A program made the translations under genes and the position numbers. This document shows positions 26,705 through 42,019 of a stretch of 64,000 nucleotides of DNA, piece by piece. Under the pieces are notes generated by a model that saw only the letters and a program-made list of their open reading frames with translations, made no database searches and was not told where the DNA came from. Every line of letters starts with the position of its first letter. Position 1 is the first letter of the stretch. The stretch covers positions 28,520,001-28,584,000 of the forward strand of contig CM022665.1 in the NCBI GenBank assembly GCA_012295275.1, read 5' to 3'. This DNA comes from Chrysomallon squamiferum. Its lineage: Eukaryota; Animalia; Mollusca.

Positions 26705-26770
26705 AGTCACCTCTGATACAAATTTCGAAAGGCGGGAAACAACAATAGATTGCAGATACTTCCGGGAAAT
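26705..26770 (-). promoter_or_regulatory. Putative BANF1 promoter/non-coding first exon
   Basis: Minus-strand donor AG|gtgact at 26711/26710, E2F site GGCGGGAAA 26731-26739, ETS site ACTTCCGG 26758-26765. Confidence 0.55.
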
Positions 26771-28734
26771 GATTGCTGTGGTATATTTTCCTTTTTTGAG
26801 GAATGAAGCACCGTTTTAAATTTTACATGTATTTTAACTGTCCTTGCAAGTTTTTAATATATCTTATTCGTCCAACATTTTAGATAACTAGTTTGTAATT
26901 TACATTATTTACATTATAGCTTTGGTAAAAAAAAAAGAAGAAAAATGCTCTCCAGTTTGATGATATCTTTTTGAGAAACTCAGAAAGTAAACAAAGAAGA
27001 TGGGATTTCTAAAGCTTATAAAATGTTCTCATTAATTCCTCAGAGCGTCCATCTGTCCCAATGATGGTGTAACGATTACAGTTTTAGTTCTTTATTCGCA
27101 TTAAGTTTAAAAAATAATAAACAAAAAAAAAAAAAATAACAATAATAAATAAAATAAAATAAACTTATCCGCATAAATACATACAATACATACATATAAT
27201 CCACAAATTAAAATGTAGCACGAAAAATATAACGAACTTGTATTTTTAAATTATTCAAATAAAATGTTTTTTCTTTCTTCTTCTTCACCTTATTTATTTA
27301 TATTTAAAAAGAGGAATTAGTAATTTTATGACGTTTACTACAGCTTACAAATCATCCATCACTCGCATAGAATTTCAACTCCGTATGCACAGCTAACAAA
27401 TTGTTTCTATGACTGCTGTATGAGCTGATCTTTTTTAGTGATTTTTTAGTACATCTGTATGTGGTGTAGGTGTTTAACTATTACTTCATATTTAAACTGA
27501 ATTTTGACGACATGTAAAAATGCAATTGATTGTTGTGAATATAATAAAAACTGTTCATCAGATGAACACAAACATTTGGGGGCTTCATATACATCATAAA
27601 TGTGAAACATGCGTACCAAACAGTATCAAGTATGTTTTTCATGAATGTTGCTCTTTAAAGAAAGCCATCTATTAGTTGTAATTCTGTAACAGTGCTGGTA
27701 AAATGAAAATGGTACAAACAAAAGCATTAAAAAAAAAAAAAAAAAAAAAAAAAGCTTCTAAAGTCTGAGGTATGGTAGCAAATATGTTGTATGTTTTCTA
27801 TTCCATCCATTATGCCGTCATTTTATCAACAGCCGTAGCAACGGGTTTCCTGTTTGATATAATCATATACAAAAGACAAAACGAAAATTACATTTAAAAA
27901 ATTAAATCACGCTTAATAATCATTAATACTAAAATATGTTCTTAAACAAAGTGAATGTAAATTTATTACCTGTAATATCACCTAAAAGAGAAACAGACAA
28001 GGGAAATAACTCTATGAGCCTTACAACTATAATGTCCCAAAACTGCTGTAGTTGTCATGTGACAATCGTCAAACAATTATAAATTGGTAGACAACAGTTA
28101 AGAAACATACCAGAATTGAAGAATATTTTAATATAAATACTTCTACTTATTCGAATGAAATAAGTATCCAAACCATACTAATTAATTTGAAAAAAGGAAT
28201 GATAAAAAAGACAGTGAAGAAAATATTTAATTGTTAGTAATTTATTTTATTTATTACTGTTATTTTCACCAATTACCACTATTATAGTGGTCAACAAAAT
28301 TCACCTTTTTACTGTGTATATTAACATTCTATTTCGAAATTAGGAAAGGGAAAGGAACAACATTTTTTTTCGTAGGGTATTATTGTCCCTTGTATTGTTC
28401 AAATTTAAATGGTTTTCAACACAGATTTGTAGAGGGTTTTTTAAAATATATTTTATTATTACTATTATTATCTCCGACTTTCCTTTCTTTAATTCTTTTT
28501 TTTTCTTTCTTTCTTTCTGATATAAAGAATGAAGTTTTAGGAAATATAACCCATTACCGCCAATATATTAAAGAACTAGCTGATCGATATAAGACAGAAA
28601 AATGGTTCTAATAACGTATTAAGATGAAACGTATTAAAATGAATGTTCTAGATGATCACAATGTCATGCTTTACCTGAATACAATTACAAAAGATGCCGG
28701 AGTACCAAAATAATTTTTAACAAATAGAAAAGTT

Positions 28735-29150
28735 TAGCGTCATCACGTGGTAGAGAAAAGTCGTCATTTCCGGTCTATATGCTAAAAGAAGTAAACTGGA
28801 ACACATGAACACGTTGTTTGGTAAGATATATGTTTTTACTATCATATTTGGAGGCGGCAAAAAAAAACCGGCAGCCTACTTTTTTGGCTTTGTATTTCCT
28901 GTTGTAATATTTATATTAATATTTTATCGTTAAACATTATTTTGTTATCCAAAACACTATATTTAGGTCATTAAAGGGACTCGTTTCGCGGGAAATAACA
29001 TCCCACTTCCGCAATGGTGGACGAAGTCGAAAAATATTAATAATACGTATTACGTCCTTAAAATTAAACACGGAAATCAGGTTCGTTCTGCTTGTTCAAA
29101 TGTCACCAAATTCTCCCAGATATTGTACATATGGTCACGGGAATGACACG
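28735..29150 (+). promoter_or_regulatory. CpG-retaining promoter region, probably FoxN2/3 TSS and non-coding exon 1
   Basis: E-box CACGTG near 28745, ETS-like TTCCGG near 28768, donor TG|gtaaga at 28821, E2F-like TTTCGCGGGAAA 28984-28995. CpG depletion starts just downstream. Confidence 0.55.
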
Positions 29151-32100
29151 TTCATATATACTATATAGTATGTAGTATATACATTGTTATGCCAAATTCA
29201 ACCAAGTGTTTGAAATGTTATTTAGGAATTTTAAACGAGAATATACTTAATCAGGAAGCATTATTTATGTTAAAGCAAGAAAATATAACTTACCCACCCC
29301 CAACACATGCTCAGAGACATCAAACAGTAGTAACATACCTGATATGATGAAGGTTTAACAGACTAATTGAGGATAATGTTTTGTGCGGAATATTGTAATA
29401 CTTTTAATTTCAAAACTATTAGACTATTTAGTGAACCAAAATTTGAGGAGGTGGTGCAGGTGAATGTTACAGTAAATCTATAGAATTAATGAAAGCACCA
29501 AAGTCACTGTTCATCAAAACACATTTGTGGCTTCCTAAAACACATTTAAGTAGCTTTTAACAGATGATATTGAGTTTTATAACTGAACTTGTTAACAATA
29601 AAATTTACCCCCCCCAAAAAAAAACAACATTTCTTTATATATTTTGTAAAATAATATGCAGCTAAATCATATTGATTTTGATATTGCTGGCTGAACCATG
29701 TCAATTTTCTAAATTAAACATTTGATATATTATGAAAGTACTGTTGAAATAAAAATAAGCTGAGTTTTCTAATTGAAGAAAAAAAATATCAAGATAAAGG
29801 TAGCTTTGAGGTTGTATATATTTCTGATAAACATGTTGTCATGTTCCTGACTTACTATGTAATGAAAATCGATGTGAAAGACTAATGTGTCTTGTTATCT
29901 CTTAGGAAACCATTACCTTTTAAATCAATGTACATATTGATACCTTTTTAATTAAATTTTTTTTAAAAAGAATGAAAATGATGCCTAATTATAAATGCAC
30001 CACAGATCCCCACATAAACAAAATTACTCTCATACTTTTAATATTTTTCAAAATGTATTTCATATTTGCATCTGTATATAAGTAAAATGTAATATTCAGC
30101 TAATAGGAAATTTGAGTGTTTGTGTTCTAAAACCTATCAAATATTAAATCTTGATGAAAAATGATTATATTAATGACAATGTTAAATGGGTTGTGTTTGC
30201 ATAACTAATTTGCCTGTCTGTTTTTCCTAATATCGTGCATTCTTTATACAATAATTCAATTATCTGTTCTTTTTTAATACTGATTAATTAAAAACAGTTG
30301 ATAAATGCCATTATTTTAGATTATGATCAATTTGTAACAAGAGCATAACCTTTAATTTTGTGTGTGTTTAGCTACATTTCCCATGTAAAACAGAAAAAAT
30401 GTTACAAATCAAGCCCAAAAGTTTAAATTGATATAATGCTCAGACTTTTTAACTGTTAGTTCTTAATACTGTGGTTGGTTACTCAGTGTTTATTGATCCC
30501 AATTTAAAAGATGAAAAAATGTTTCAGAAATGGACTTCATATGATTGTGCCAGCCTTATTCCATTTCTAACATGAAATAAGCTGATATTTATAATTGTCT
30601 TATCTGTATGACACAGCTGACAGAGATCACTTAGGTAGAGGACCCTGAGTATATTATCAATTATTACATTTGTCTGACTATCAGCAGTTCAAAAGTCAGT
30701 TGATTAGCATGTTAACATAGTCTTTATGTAAATGTTAAATTATTCTTAATGTAGATATTAACATATTTTTCCTTTGTAACAGAGTTCACATTAAAACACA
30801 TTGGTTTTGAAATTGATTTCATATATTTTTATACTTTTATTAGTGAATGATTTTGTTTATTTGTTTTTTAATTCCAATAGATTTATAATGATATATCTTG
30901 ATGAATACTTCTATATAACAATTTACTGTGCAGTGTTCTTGCTGTTGAGAATGGTTTGCTTAGTGATTTTCTTTAATTTTCCATTAACATTCATTAATGT
31001 TAGTGGATTAAACTGTTTAAACATGTATAATTTAAGTCTTTATTTAAGATTTTCTATTACAATAGCGCTACAAAATATTAGGAATTTGATTATATATATT
31101 TATTACATACTATGCTATGCTAGATAAGATGACCAGTATAATATTATTTGCATCACTCAGACACAATATGCCTAGAATGATAAATATACTCAAAATTAAC
31201 AGGGTTATTATCTACAACAACAATGAATCTGCATTTTCTTTTTTCTTTTTTTCTTTAAGCAAATCCAGATTCCTTGTTTATGTGTTCATGACATCCAGCT
31301 TGACCTAGGGCAAATAGTTACACATTTTTACATCATAAATACACACTAGTTGATTCCATAACATTCATTAATATTTTTATTTCATTCATTTTAACGTGGT
31401 TTATTGACTATTTTCTTTGAGATCATATTGAATTGTGCCCATAATTATGCAGACATTGTTAATAAAATGAATAATAATAAAGAAAAATTTTAATGATGAT
31501 TTTTGTTGTACAGAGCAATAAACAAAATTTTTAAAAAGTGGAATATAATATTTATAATCAATTCTGGACAGATTATTTTGCTGTTGTATTATGAATTGCA
31601 AAATTTCTTGAAAAGTTTATGAATAATTATAAAAAAAAAATTATTTTTCTTTTTTTTTCTTCTTTTTTTCCCACCCCAAAACTCTAAAATGGAAACGTTC
31701 AATTAGATATTGTGAAAATGCACACAAGATATTATATGTGACTTACAAAAACAAACATTTTGTAAAGGAAAGTAAATTATATAAACAAAGAGGCAATCAC
31801 TGATTGAGGATAATCTTATTAATGCTAATCCTTTGAGTGTTCCAATTTATATTGCTTAAAGTTTTTCACACCTGTAAATATCCCATGATGCTCAGAAAAC
31901 CAAACACTTTTAATAGGTGACAGTCTTTACCTCCAGCTGTTTTCTAGACAGGACCACCCTTAGTTTAATAACGCAGGAACTATCAGATTCAGTAAAGGTC
32001 CTATTGTTACTGGGTAATTGGCACCTTCTTACTGAGAAGTAAATGCTTTTGTTTGTCACCAGACTATCTTTATCTTTAGCTGGACACTAGTCTCCAAACA

Positions 32101-35100
32101 TCTAGGCTAATATGTTATGTAATACTGAACTGGAAAATTCATTTCTAATAATAAAAGTGAAGTCACACACCCAAGGAATAACATTTTACTTGAGATTCTG
32201 CATAAAAGAAGGTTGACAGCCAAGGATAAAAAGAAGACATTTATCAGTACCATTAAGGTAAAAAAAAAAACCAGCAACATTATTTAGGTGTTTAATTATT
32301 ATTTTTATATTTTTATAATGTTAATTTACTTCATTTACTCTAGCCAGTGACTGGTTTATCAAATGTTATACCATCCTTTCTGTAGGGAAAGTTTGCAGTA
32401 AAACTCCTTTTGTTGCTACTTCAGAAGAATTAAAAAATTAATTCAGATTTCTTTCATATCATTAATAATAATAGACATATACACAAGAATGTATAAGACT
32501 ACTGTCTAATAATCATTAATACTAAAGTGGTATTAAATATTTCTTTATGACATAACATAATGATAATCTTCTGTCTTGAATATTTACTGTTTTGTTACTT
32601 CAGTGTTGTTTGAGTATTAGTAGTTAATTACAAATTAAACTTCATAACCAACTAGTGCCATTAAACAACAAAGAATTTGCCACATGAACAAAAAGTTAAA
32701 ATAAATTTTGTATATTATGTTTATATACTAGTTAAAACTTTTTAAATGTTAACAATAAGGTTTTATAATAAAAGTACATGTGCACATAGATGTAAATGAT
32801 ACTTATTATTTTTTAAAATTACCTTTGTTATCATTAAATGCATAATGAAAAACAACAAAGCAAAACAATAGTTTTAAAAATCTTATGAAATGACAGCTTA
32901 AAATTATTTACAACACACAGTGAATATTAACATGTTTGTCATGGATAGAACTGGCAGTAATTTAAGCAAAATAACTGGGTGAAATGATTTGCCATAAATC
33001 TAGTTTATTTTTTTCTCTTATTATTATTGTTTTTATTTATTTATTTTTTTTTTCTGCACATTTCTAGCCCTAATAATGCATTAATAAGTCCATAATATTT
33101 ACCAAATTCCGTAACAGAAATTAAACTCCTAAATAAACAATTTGTTGGAGCTTAATTACATTTATCTTGCTATCAACATGTTTGTGATTTTCTTAGTATG
33201 TATGTACAATTTAGCACTTACTCTCCTGGTTGTATCCCAAACTATTATTTTTTATTTATATTTTTTTTTGAGAGGGGATCTATAAGTTTGTTTCATTTAA
33301 ATGGCTTCTGTTGCTTGATGGCCCAACCATACTGTAATATAGAATGTTTTGGAGGAAAGGTAATATATTTGTTATATTTTTTATGTACTGATTTACTTAA
33401 TTAAACTGAAATTTAGATTGTTTAAATGGCAGAATACAAATTTTAACAAGGCCATAAGAACAAAAAGAATAAAATTATATTTCTCGATGATCTAACAGCA
33501 TTATACTTTTATCATTTTAAAGTGTTTTTAGATAAACCTGAAAACTGCTGTTTATTCTCATACATGTGATTATCACATAGCATATGGATTCTGTTCCCAG
33601 CAATTGTATTAAAATGTATTGATTTAAGTATATGGTTGTTTTCATGATCAATTCACATACATCCTAGGACCATGTGTTGTTAATATGGCTGACGTTGCCA
33701 TGGAAATGAAAGCTATGTGGCTTTTTATGATTGAACACGTGTTCGTGATCAACAGGTGTTGGTAGAGTTCCAGCAAAACAATATTCTAATGAATATGGCT
33801 TCCAACCTGTTTTTAATACATATCTGTCTGCTCAGATGTTGTTTCTGTGAGTATTTTACACTTACTGATGCTTATTTGCATTTGTGAAGTAATATTTGTT
33901 TAAAGAATTTTAACATTTATTTGTTTCATAATGGTTAATGCAGTATGTATTGCTATTTTGGGGTATTTATCAAAACATTTATTTCATTTACTTTTAGGGT
34001 AAATAATAATAATAATACTAATAATTATCCAAGAAAAAAAAGAGAGAAAAAAACTGCCCCAAAAACCCAAACAATTATTATAATAATATCAATAAAATAA
34101 CATTAAAAAAATGTATCCATCAACTATCAGAATCCAAATCCTGATGGTAACAAATTTAAAAAACATTTTTTAATTTATTTACTTCGTTTTCATTGTATTT
34201 AAAAAAAAAATTTAATTACCAATCTTGACTTTAAATGTATTTTAGCCTTGCTGAAATTAACAGAAAAGCAAATTTATTTTTGTTGATTTGTTATTACATT
34301 TGTCATGGAATAAGACTGAAATGAGAGAAAATAGTTGTCACAAATCTGCTGAAACTTAATTTTTTTGAATGAAATGGTCACAGTTGTACTATTTACAAAT
34401 GTTGTTGCATTTTCTGCTTTGATGTGGTATTTTGTATAAATTGACAGTAATGCCTTTTGTTTATATTTTATTTACTTTGGTCGGAAGAAATAAGATTATA
34501 ACTTCATGCATCTGAATTGTGTGTGTTTGTACTTTAATCCAGCCTTAGCTAATGATAATGTAAACAGCATTAAATAATAAAATGACAACAATCTATCATT
34601 GATAGAAAAATCAAAACAACAAATTTCAGTGTACCAGTATCTTCATTATGAATAAATAAAACATGAAATAATTTTAAATTATATTTACTGATTTTCACAC
34701 TCCAGTCTTTGTGAAGTTTAAGTTTCAGCTGACTTGTGTGTAATTTCAGATTCACAGAGAAAAGGAATGTATATTGTTTTTATAATAAATAAATCAGTTA
34801 GCTATTATTTAAATAGGCAAATAGGTTTGAAAGAAGTCACACATTTCATAATTTATTAAATGGTACAATATATAACACATTTTCGATTAAGTCAACATAA
34901 GCTGATCATCAAAGCAATAAAATCACTGAGTTATTTGAACTAATTACATTTGTTATTCCAAAAGGTTAATCCTTTCATCAAGATGCTGTATGATGTAGAA
35001 TCTGATGTGCATTTTTGTTTATGGGCAATTGTATAAAAGAGTATTTTTCTGATGATTAGTAAGATTTTGTACAGCAGTAAATTTTTTTTTTTTCCTTTGG

Positions 35101-38100
35101 TTTAGTTAGTTATTTATTTATTTTATTTTTTCATTTATTTACTCTTTTTTTTGTTGAGAATATTATTTTAGAAGTTGTAATATTAAAAAATCACATCATT
35201 TATATTATTTTAATTGTAACGATCATTAATATACAAGATGTTTTGAGGTTGGTTTTGTTCTTTTTTTCTGTTTAAAGTTTTATTTATTTGCATTCTTTTT
35301 TTTTTTTTTAGTAGGCATTTCTAATGGGTTAATTTATAAGTGATAATAAATTAGAAAATCCAGTTCTATTTTAACAAGCATAGTAAAACATTAAACACAA
35401 TTATCCAATTATCTCCTGCAATGGTGAGAGTTTTTGTAACTATTAGAAACTGAAAACACTTTGAAGCAAAGTCAATAGTAAATATTATCAATGCAGACAG
35501 ATAACTGTTTTGAGTAATAATCTGACATCTGCTAAACAGTCTAAGAGATATGGACATAATTATAGATTTTGTTCTCATCTATTCCTGAACAATATTTGTT
35601 CTCAGATGCTAGACTGCAAGTGTGGAGAGTGTACAAAACTTTTTGTCTTGTCTTGTGCATAGCATCCTGTTGCCATAGTGACCTGATGCCAACATTCTGT
35701 GGCATTGAATGAAAGAATTTTGTCGATAACGGATTTAGGAACATCCCAGGCGCATCCCAAGGGTTTAACAATACTGTTATCTGATTTTTGTGGAACCCAT
35801 AACTGTAAACTGCTCAGCTTTAAGGTTATAAATGGAAGAAGTTTTTATTTTCAGTATGGCTTACAATTTGGTGAGAATTACATGATTATATTTCAGAGTT
35901 TATTTGTTATATATTTCTGATGATTTATGTTAATATTGAATTTAATCTAGAATGTATACATATAGATGATAATTAGTGAGATAACTAAAAAATATTTTTG
36001 AAAAAAAACGTGGTTCTGCACAAAAACTAGATTTAAAAAAACAAAAAGGTTATTTTTTTTAGAGAAGCAACTAAATTTTATTTTTTAAATCTATATTCTA
36101 ATAAGAAACTGTTTTATGTTCCTTCTAACAGATTTATCTTCACTATCATCTGTGTTGCTAATTATTTATATAATTTTAACTGGAAAAAAAGAAAAAGAAA
36201 ACCCTTCATACTTCCCCCGAAACAACAAAGGAAAAACAAAGATATTTTTTATGTTGTGTGTGTGTTTCATGAATATTCTAATATTGTAAAATCTCTTTCT
36301 TTAAATGTCTGCCTGTCTGTACAAAAAGACTTAACCTTTTGAGTAGTTACATTCTTTCAGAGGTAAAAATAGATTTTTATAAGATGATTACTAAGTTACT
36401 CGTTTCATTTTCACAATTAAAATAATTGATAAAATGTTCATTGTGGAAACAGTTACAAGGACAGTTATTCCTAACAGTGTTTATTTAAGAGAGTGAATGA
36501 GACACATACACAATGGCTAGAAAATATGTAACTAATTTCTTAGGAAAATTTTTTGTATATTAAACTAATTTTCATCTATTATTTTTATTTTTTATAGATA
36601 GATAAATATAATACAGTATACCTCATATTTGAATGAAATAATTTTTTTAAAAACAACAATTTTTGAGACAGTGAAAGTAATGAATGCCAAAAAATTAAAA
36701 ATACAAGAAACAAAATTTCCATCCTTTAAAAAAGAAAAGAAAAAAAAGAATTGTAAAAAGGACAAAGAATTCCAGTTAAAAAGAATTTATTTAAAATGGA
36801 TCTCCTTGGTTGACCTACACCATAGAAATATAATGCATTTTACAAGCTTTATGCTAACTCTGTTTTCACGTTTCCATGACAATAGCTGGTTTGGAGTAGG
36901 AAGAGTAGAACAGATCACACATGTATTCAACATCATGGCTCATCCAGATACTGCAGGAAGTTCTTAAAACCAATAATGTGTACTGTTACCATGACGACCT
37001 TCCCCTGAGTGGCTTCACCGGTAACAGATGTCTGTCTGCAAAGCTTGGTGGGGGGGGGTTCTGCCCATTCTTTCAAAAATTTAATTTATGAAATTTAATT
37101 TTTCCTTTGTTTAGCTGATTAAACAAAGGGAATTCTTCAAGTACATTACTTTCATAAGTGGTGTGTATATAGATATAATTGCACATTATATTTTAACAAA
37201 CATACTTGTGTTATGTACAAATATAAACTGATTTACTGTAATGATTGTGTTATCTGCCAGCGAATTATTTTTTTGTTGTTGTTGTTTTGTGACTACTAAT
37301 AACAACTGCTTGTTACAAGCAAAAGCATTCCTCTCTCTCTCATCTGGTATGTAAAGTGACAAAGCATAACAATAAACTGATCACATCCGATCACAATTAT
37401 ATCTGTTGGTAGCACGCAACAAAAGGATGTGCTAGTAACCATGGCTTTAGACTCTGATGACACATATACATTAATAATGAAAGTTTTATTCTGATGGCTC
37501 TGGCGATTGATCTTTCACTAACATTTGTGTGAAGAACGTGCAGATTTCAAAGTTGCTCATATGCCACACTTAAGTGTTAATTATAATAATTAATATGATG
37601 TGGACGTGATAATAACAGGCTTACACTCATCATTGATGATTTCTTTGTTAAGCATTTAAAAAATGAGTGAGATAAAAGTTTTGCGACAGTGGAAATCTCT
37701 TTGTTTACAGGTAAGTTATAATTGTAATATGTTATGTATTCACTTGAAGAAGTTAATTTTTTATGGTTCTTAAAAATAACAATTTTATACTTGCCAAAAC
37801 ATGATTTTCCAAAATAAAGCTTTATGGAGTCTCATTTAAGCAAAAAAAAAAAAAAAAAAAAAATAATAATAATAACAACTTGCAGATAGTATTCATACCT
37901 TCATTTACACCTGTTTTTCCAAAGAAAATGGTAATTACATACATTTTAAAGAAAACAATGAAAGTATTTTAATTCTGTATGGTGAATATTAATGAGTCAT
38001 TACTTACATTACTCACCCGTACTGAATAAGAGCTTGAATCGTTATCTCATTTGTTGATGCCTTGGTATTTGTTCATTTCAACCATTTAATTGTGATTAGA

Positions 38101-38270
38101 TCATCAAATAATGCGGTGGTTTTTTCTCAAAAATCAAAAGATGCCTGTTTAACAGGACAAAAATCATACTGCTAACTGATCAGTATGGCCTGTGGAGGAT
38201 ATTATCAAGTTTCCTTTCTTATATATAATACACAATTGACACCAAACAACTTCCATGAAAGCTGAATTCA

Positions 38271-38340
38271 CAGAGATTACTTCCCTTTTCAGTAACACAC
38301 ATCCATCTTCATTTCTAAGAAACTTAAACAGTATAAAATG
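38271..38340 (+). repeat. Dispersed repeat fragment 'agagattacttccctt..ca.t.acacacat.catcttc', second copy at about 49988-50065
   Basis: Visible similarity between the two copies; related word aagggaaataactct at about 27999-28013 in opposite orientation. Confidence 0.6.
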
Positions 38341-41300
38341 AGGACATTAAATGTTCTCATAGCCATAAACATTTTTTTGTCATAAAAGTAACTAAAAAAA
38401 CCCTCAGACGTTGGCTTTTAGATTTTTTACAGTTTTTTTTATGTACAAATGTTAATTAATGCAACTTTGATTTTAATCTGTAATCATTAAGTCATCCATC
38501 TGTACTTCCCTGTGTATCCATATACTGAAACTGTACATAATGTAATTAGTTTCAAATTTGAAAATGTATGTGATATTATTGGAAAAATCATGTTCACATG
38601 ATGTATGTAGACACTATTGTTTTGATATATAGGGGTAAATCGTAAGATGTTCAGATAATTCATTTTAAGTCTATTTTTAATGAAAATAAAATAAAAACTT
38701 AAAAAAATATTTTAACTAAATTAAATTCTGCAATCTAGAGTTTCAGTTTAAAATTATTTGAAAACTTACTTGTTTTGTTTTAAAAAGAAATAAAAGTAAG
38801 TAATAAAATAAAATAATTGGTTTAAAAATAATCACATTATTAAAAAAACAAAACAAGAAGAAACAGGTGTGGGGTGGGAGGAAAAATAGAAAAGTTAATT
38901 GACTCTACATGCATGTTCTGTCATTTTTTTATACATACTTCATTACTCTTCAAACAGCTACTTGAAATTTTAACACTTGAGAGAACTCTTATCTGCTGTA
39001 CATACATCATATTTAAACCTATACATCACAAAGGTGATGGATCTGTATCACATGGTGGTGAACAATACAAAGATAAAAATAGTAGCTGGTGGTCTACATT
39101 GGACCATCTTGTTCTTTGCTCACACTGTAGAGCTACAAAGTTCAAGAGGAGGGCAATGAATAGTATTTAGCTATTGATTTTACACATCTTTGCCTCAACT
39201 CAAGGTTCATTGCATTGTCTAGTTACATCACCACAAAAATAATATTTAATAAAAAAAAAAGTAGTAATAGAAAAATCAACTACAGTATTTCTCAAAAAAA
39301 AAAAAAAAAAAATCAACATGCTTTTATAAGAAAAATCCCCGGCTTATGAAACTGAGCTTATCTGGAAGATTTAATTGTATTTGTAAGCTTTGGGCAGCTC
39401 TTTGGTTGCAGCAGATATCATTGGAGGCAACTAACTCTCAAAACTGAATTGAATGTGGCTTCATCCCCGTATCCAAGGTAACTGTAGCAAGCTACCATGG
39501 AAACAGGATGCCTAGCAGTAAAGGGGGCACAGCTGGCGATAGTGAATGCATGCATATGGGCCATGGCTGTGTGTAACTAGCTGTATACAAGCTTGTTTTT
39601 GTTGACTGTCCAATACCACAGATGCTTCACTTGACAGTCCCAGTATGCTTCAGTGACTACCATTTGTCTCCTGTCGCCATCTTTACCGAGCAGAGGATGT
39701 GATTTTCACTAAAAGTAATCTTTTAAAACTGCAGTGGATTGCGATACAGCTGTAAGTACATTAGCTAGAAGGCAGCCATTTTTAAAAGGACACGTCTGCT
39801 GTTTACATGTTTGAGTCGATAGGTTCATGCAGCAGTAACAAAGAAAGTTTTAAACTTTTATCATTCATGTATACAGCAGTTGATATTTAAATTGAATCCT
39901 AGAATAGGATTAGGTTGGTGTGTTTTTATTGTTAAAATCTGTAAAATTATTTTGTAATTTAGAACCTGTTCATACTGTTGTTTGATCAACTGATATGGAT
40001 GACAGCAAGGACTGTGTTGATCATGTATTTCTTTCACTGTTAAAATCAGGTTGATGTTTTTCTTTTTTGGTTTTTACAAGAACTAATGTGATTTCATAAT
40101 TTAAAAACTATGTTTAATATAATAATTGATTCCCTTAAATTAAAGATGGGCATATTAAAGGTACAGCAATAATTGTTGTATATAAAACAGGCTACAATAT
40201 ATCTATAGATGTACATTCAAAAAAAAAAAAAAAAAAAAAGAAATCATTCCATCCATGGCTAAACAAATAATTCTTAAAATACCTAATTACTACAAACCAA
40301 ATTAATTTGTAATATTTATTGATCAGTAATAATTGACTAGTATTCAAAATTGGAAAATAATTCATTATCAAACATTAATATTTAAATTATATTTTCATTT
40401 TTAGGTTCTTCGTATTTTATTAATTAAATTTTAACAAACCCACCCTAAGAAAAAACAAGAACATGGTTGGATGTTACCATGGCAACAGTATTTAAGTAAA
40501 TTATTGTTGTGTATGTGAAACCTTTGAATCTGAGTAAAATAAACATTCAAAATGTATGTATAATATTTTACTGTGGAGTAAAAACTGTAGGATTCAAGAT
40601 TTAATTATATATAAAACTGAAAGGCAATGCAGCTGCATGTTTCAAGATTTAGTTGAAAGTTAAAGGAAAGCAATAAATTTTAAGAAAACTGAAAACTTCC
40701 TTGCTCACAACAATCAGATATGCATTGCTAGAAGAGACAGGTAGCTCTTACTTAACTATCAGCAACATGTATTACATAACAGTAGCTTACCCATTAATTA
40801 CACTGCTACCCAGCCTGGAGATAGAGGTGGCTGCAGGCTAAGGAAGATAATAGAGCAGAGTTTGTTTTTATTAGCCAGCATCTGAAACATTACCCACACT
40901 GATTGATATTGTCATCTGGGTTACTGCATTGTTTTCTTAACACTTTAATGGGCAACACCTTTGAGTTTGGTCTGTCAGAAACAATATTAGATAAAAACAG
41001 TTTATTGCAGTTTACATGTTGAGAAGCAGCCCAACTTGCTCTTCAGTTCAGAATTGTTTTGTAAGTTTTGCTGGATTCAGAATAGCTTTGTAAGTTGTTG
41101 TGTTGGTGTGCATTAATTAATATTGTACAAGATATTCGTCTGAAGACAACTTGATGGTGAAAGGTTATGATAATGGTAAAAGATACACAAGAATTAACAA
41201 ATGATTGGGTTTATTTTTTAATTAGAACAACTTATGGGAATATTTTACTTATTTTTTTTTTTTTTTCAAAAGGAGCAGTAGTTGTGGTTATTTCTGTTGT

Positions 41301-42019
41301 AGAAACCATAAAAGAATTTTTATTTTTAATTTAAAAAAAAATTCTTGTTACTATTTTGAAGAAAATTAATATTGTACATTATATTTACAGTATATGTATT
41401 TATTTAAAACAAAAATGTATTTTTCAGTGAGTATATAAATAGCATATATTTAGTTTTCAGATAGTGTTGCAAGTCATTTCAGAATTTTATAGATCTGTTT
41501 GTTTTCAAGAAATATTTGTTAATATTTGCCATATAAGCTAATTAACAGCATAATATGGACATGCTAAATTTTTATAATTCTAACTAACCATTTTTTTTTT
41601 ACTTCAGTATTGAATTTTTATGTATAAATGCTTTACAACATAATTTGTTACATACTTAAGTTTTTTTCATTTACACACAAGCATACATACAGACATATAG
41701 ACACTAGTATAACATGAGGTTAGATTAAATTTACTGCATAAAAATACACAAGTTTGGTGGTCACTGTGATGTGTAACCTAGGTTGGCATGGTAACACATG
41801 CCTCAGTGGACTTCCTGCTGTCGAAACTGACAAGTGGATATTGCAGTTAATCCATTAGAACTCATCAGTCACAGCCAAGTCTAATGCTGTGCAATAAAAT
41901 AGATTTGCATTATGTAACACACTGGTGTTATTGGGTCACTTAGGGCAAAACTTTGTGTTACCATGGGGATAGGTTTATATGGTTAATCTTGATTGCTTTT
42001 AAAAGTATCTTACAATAAA

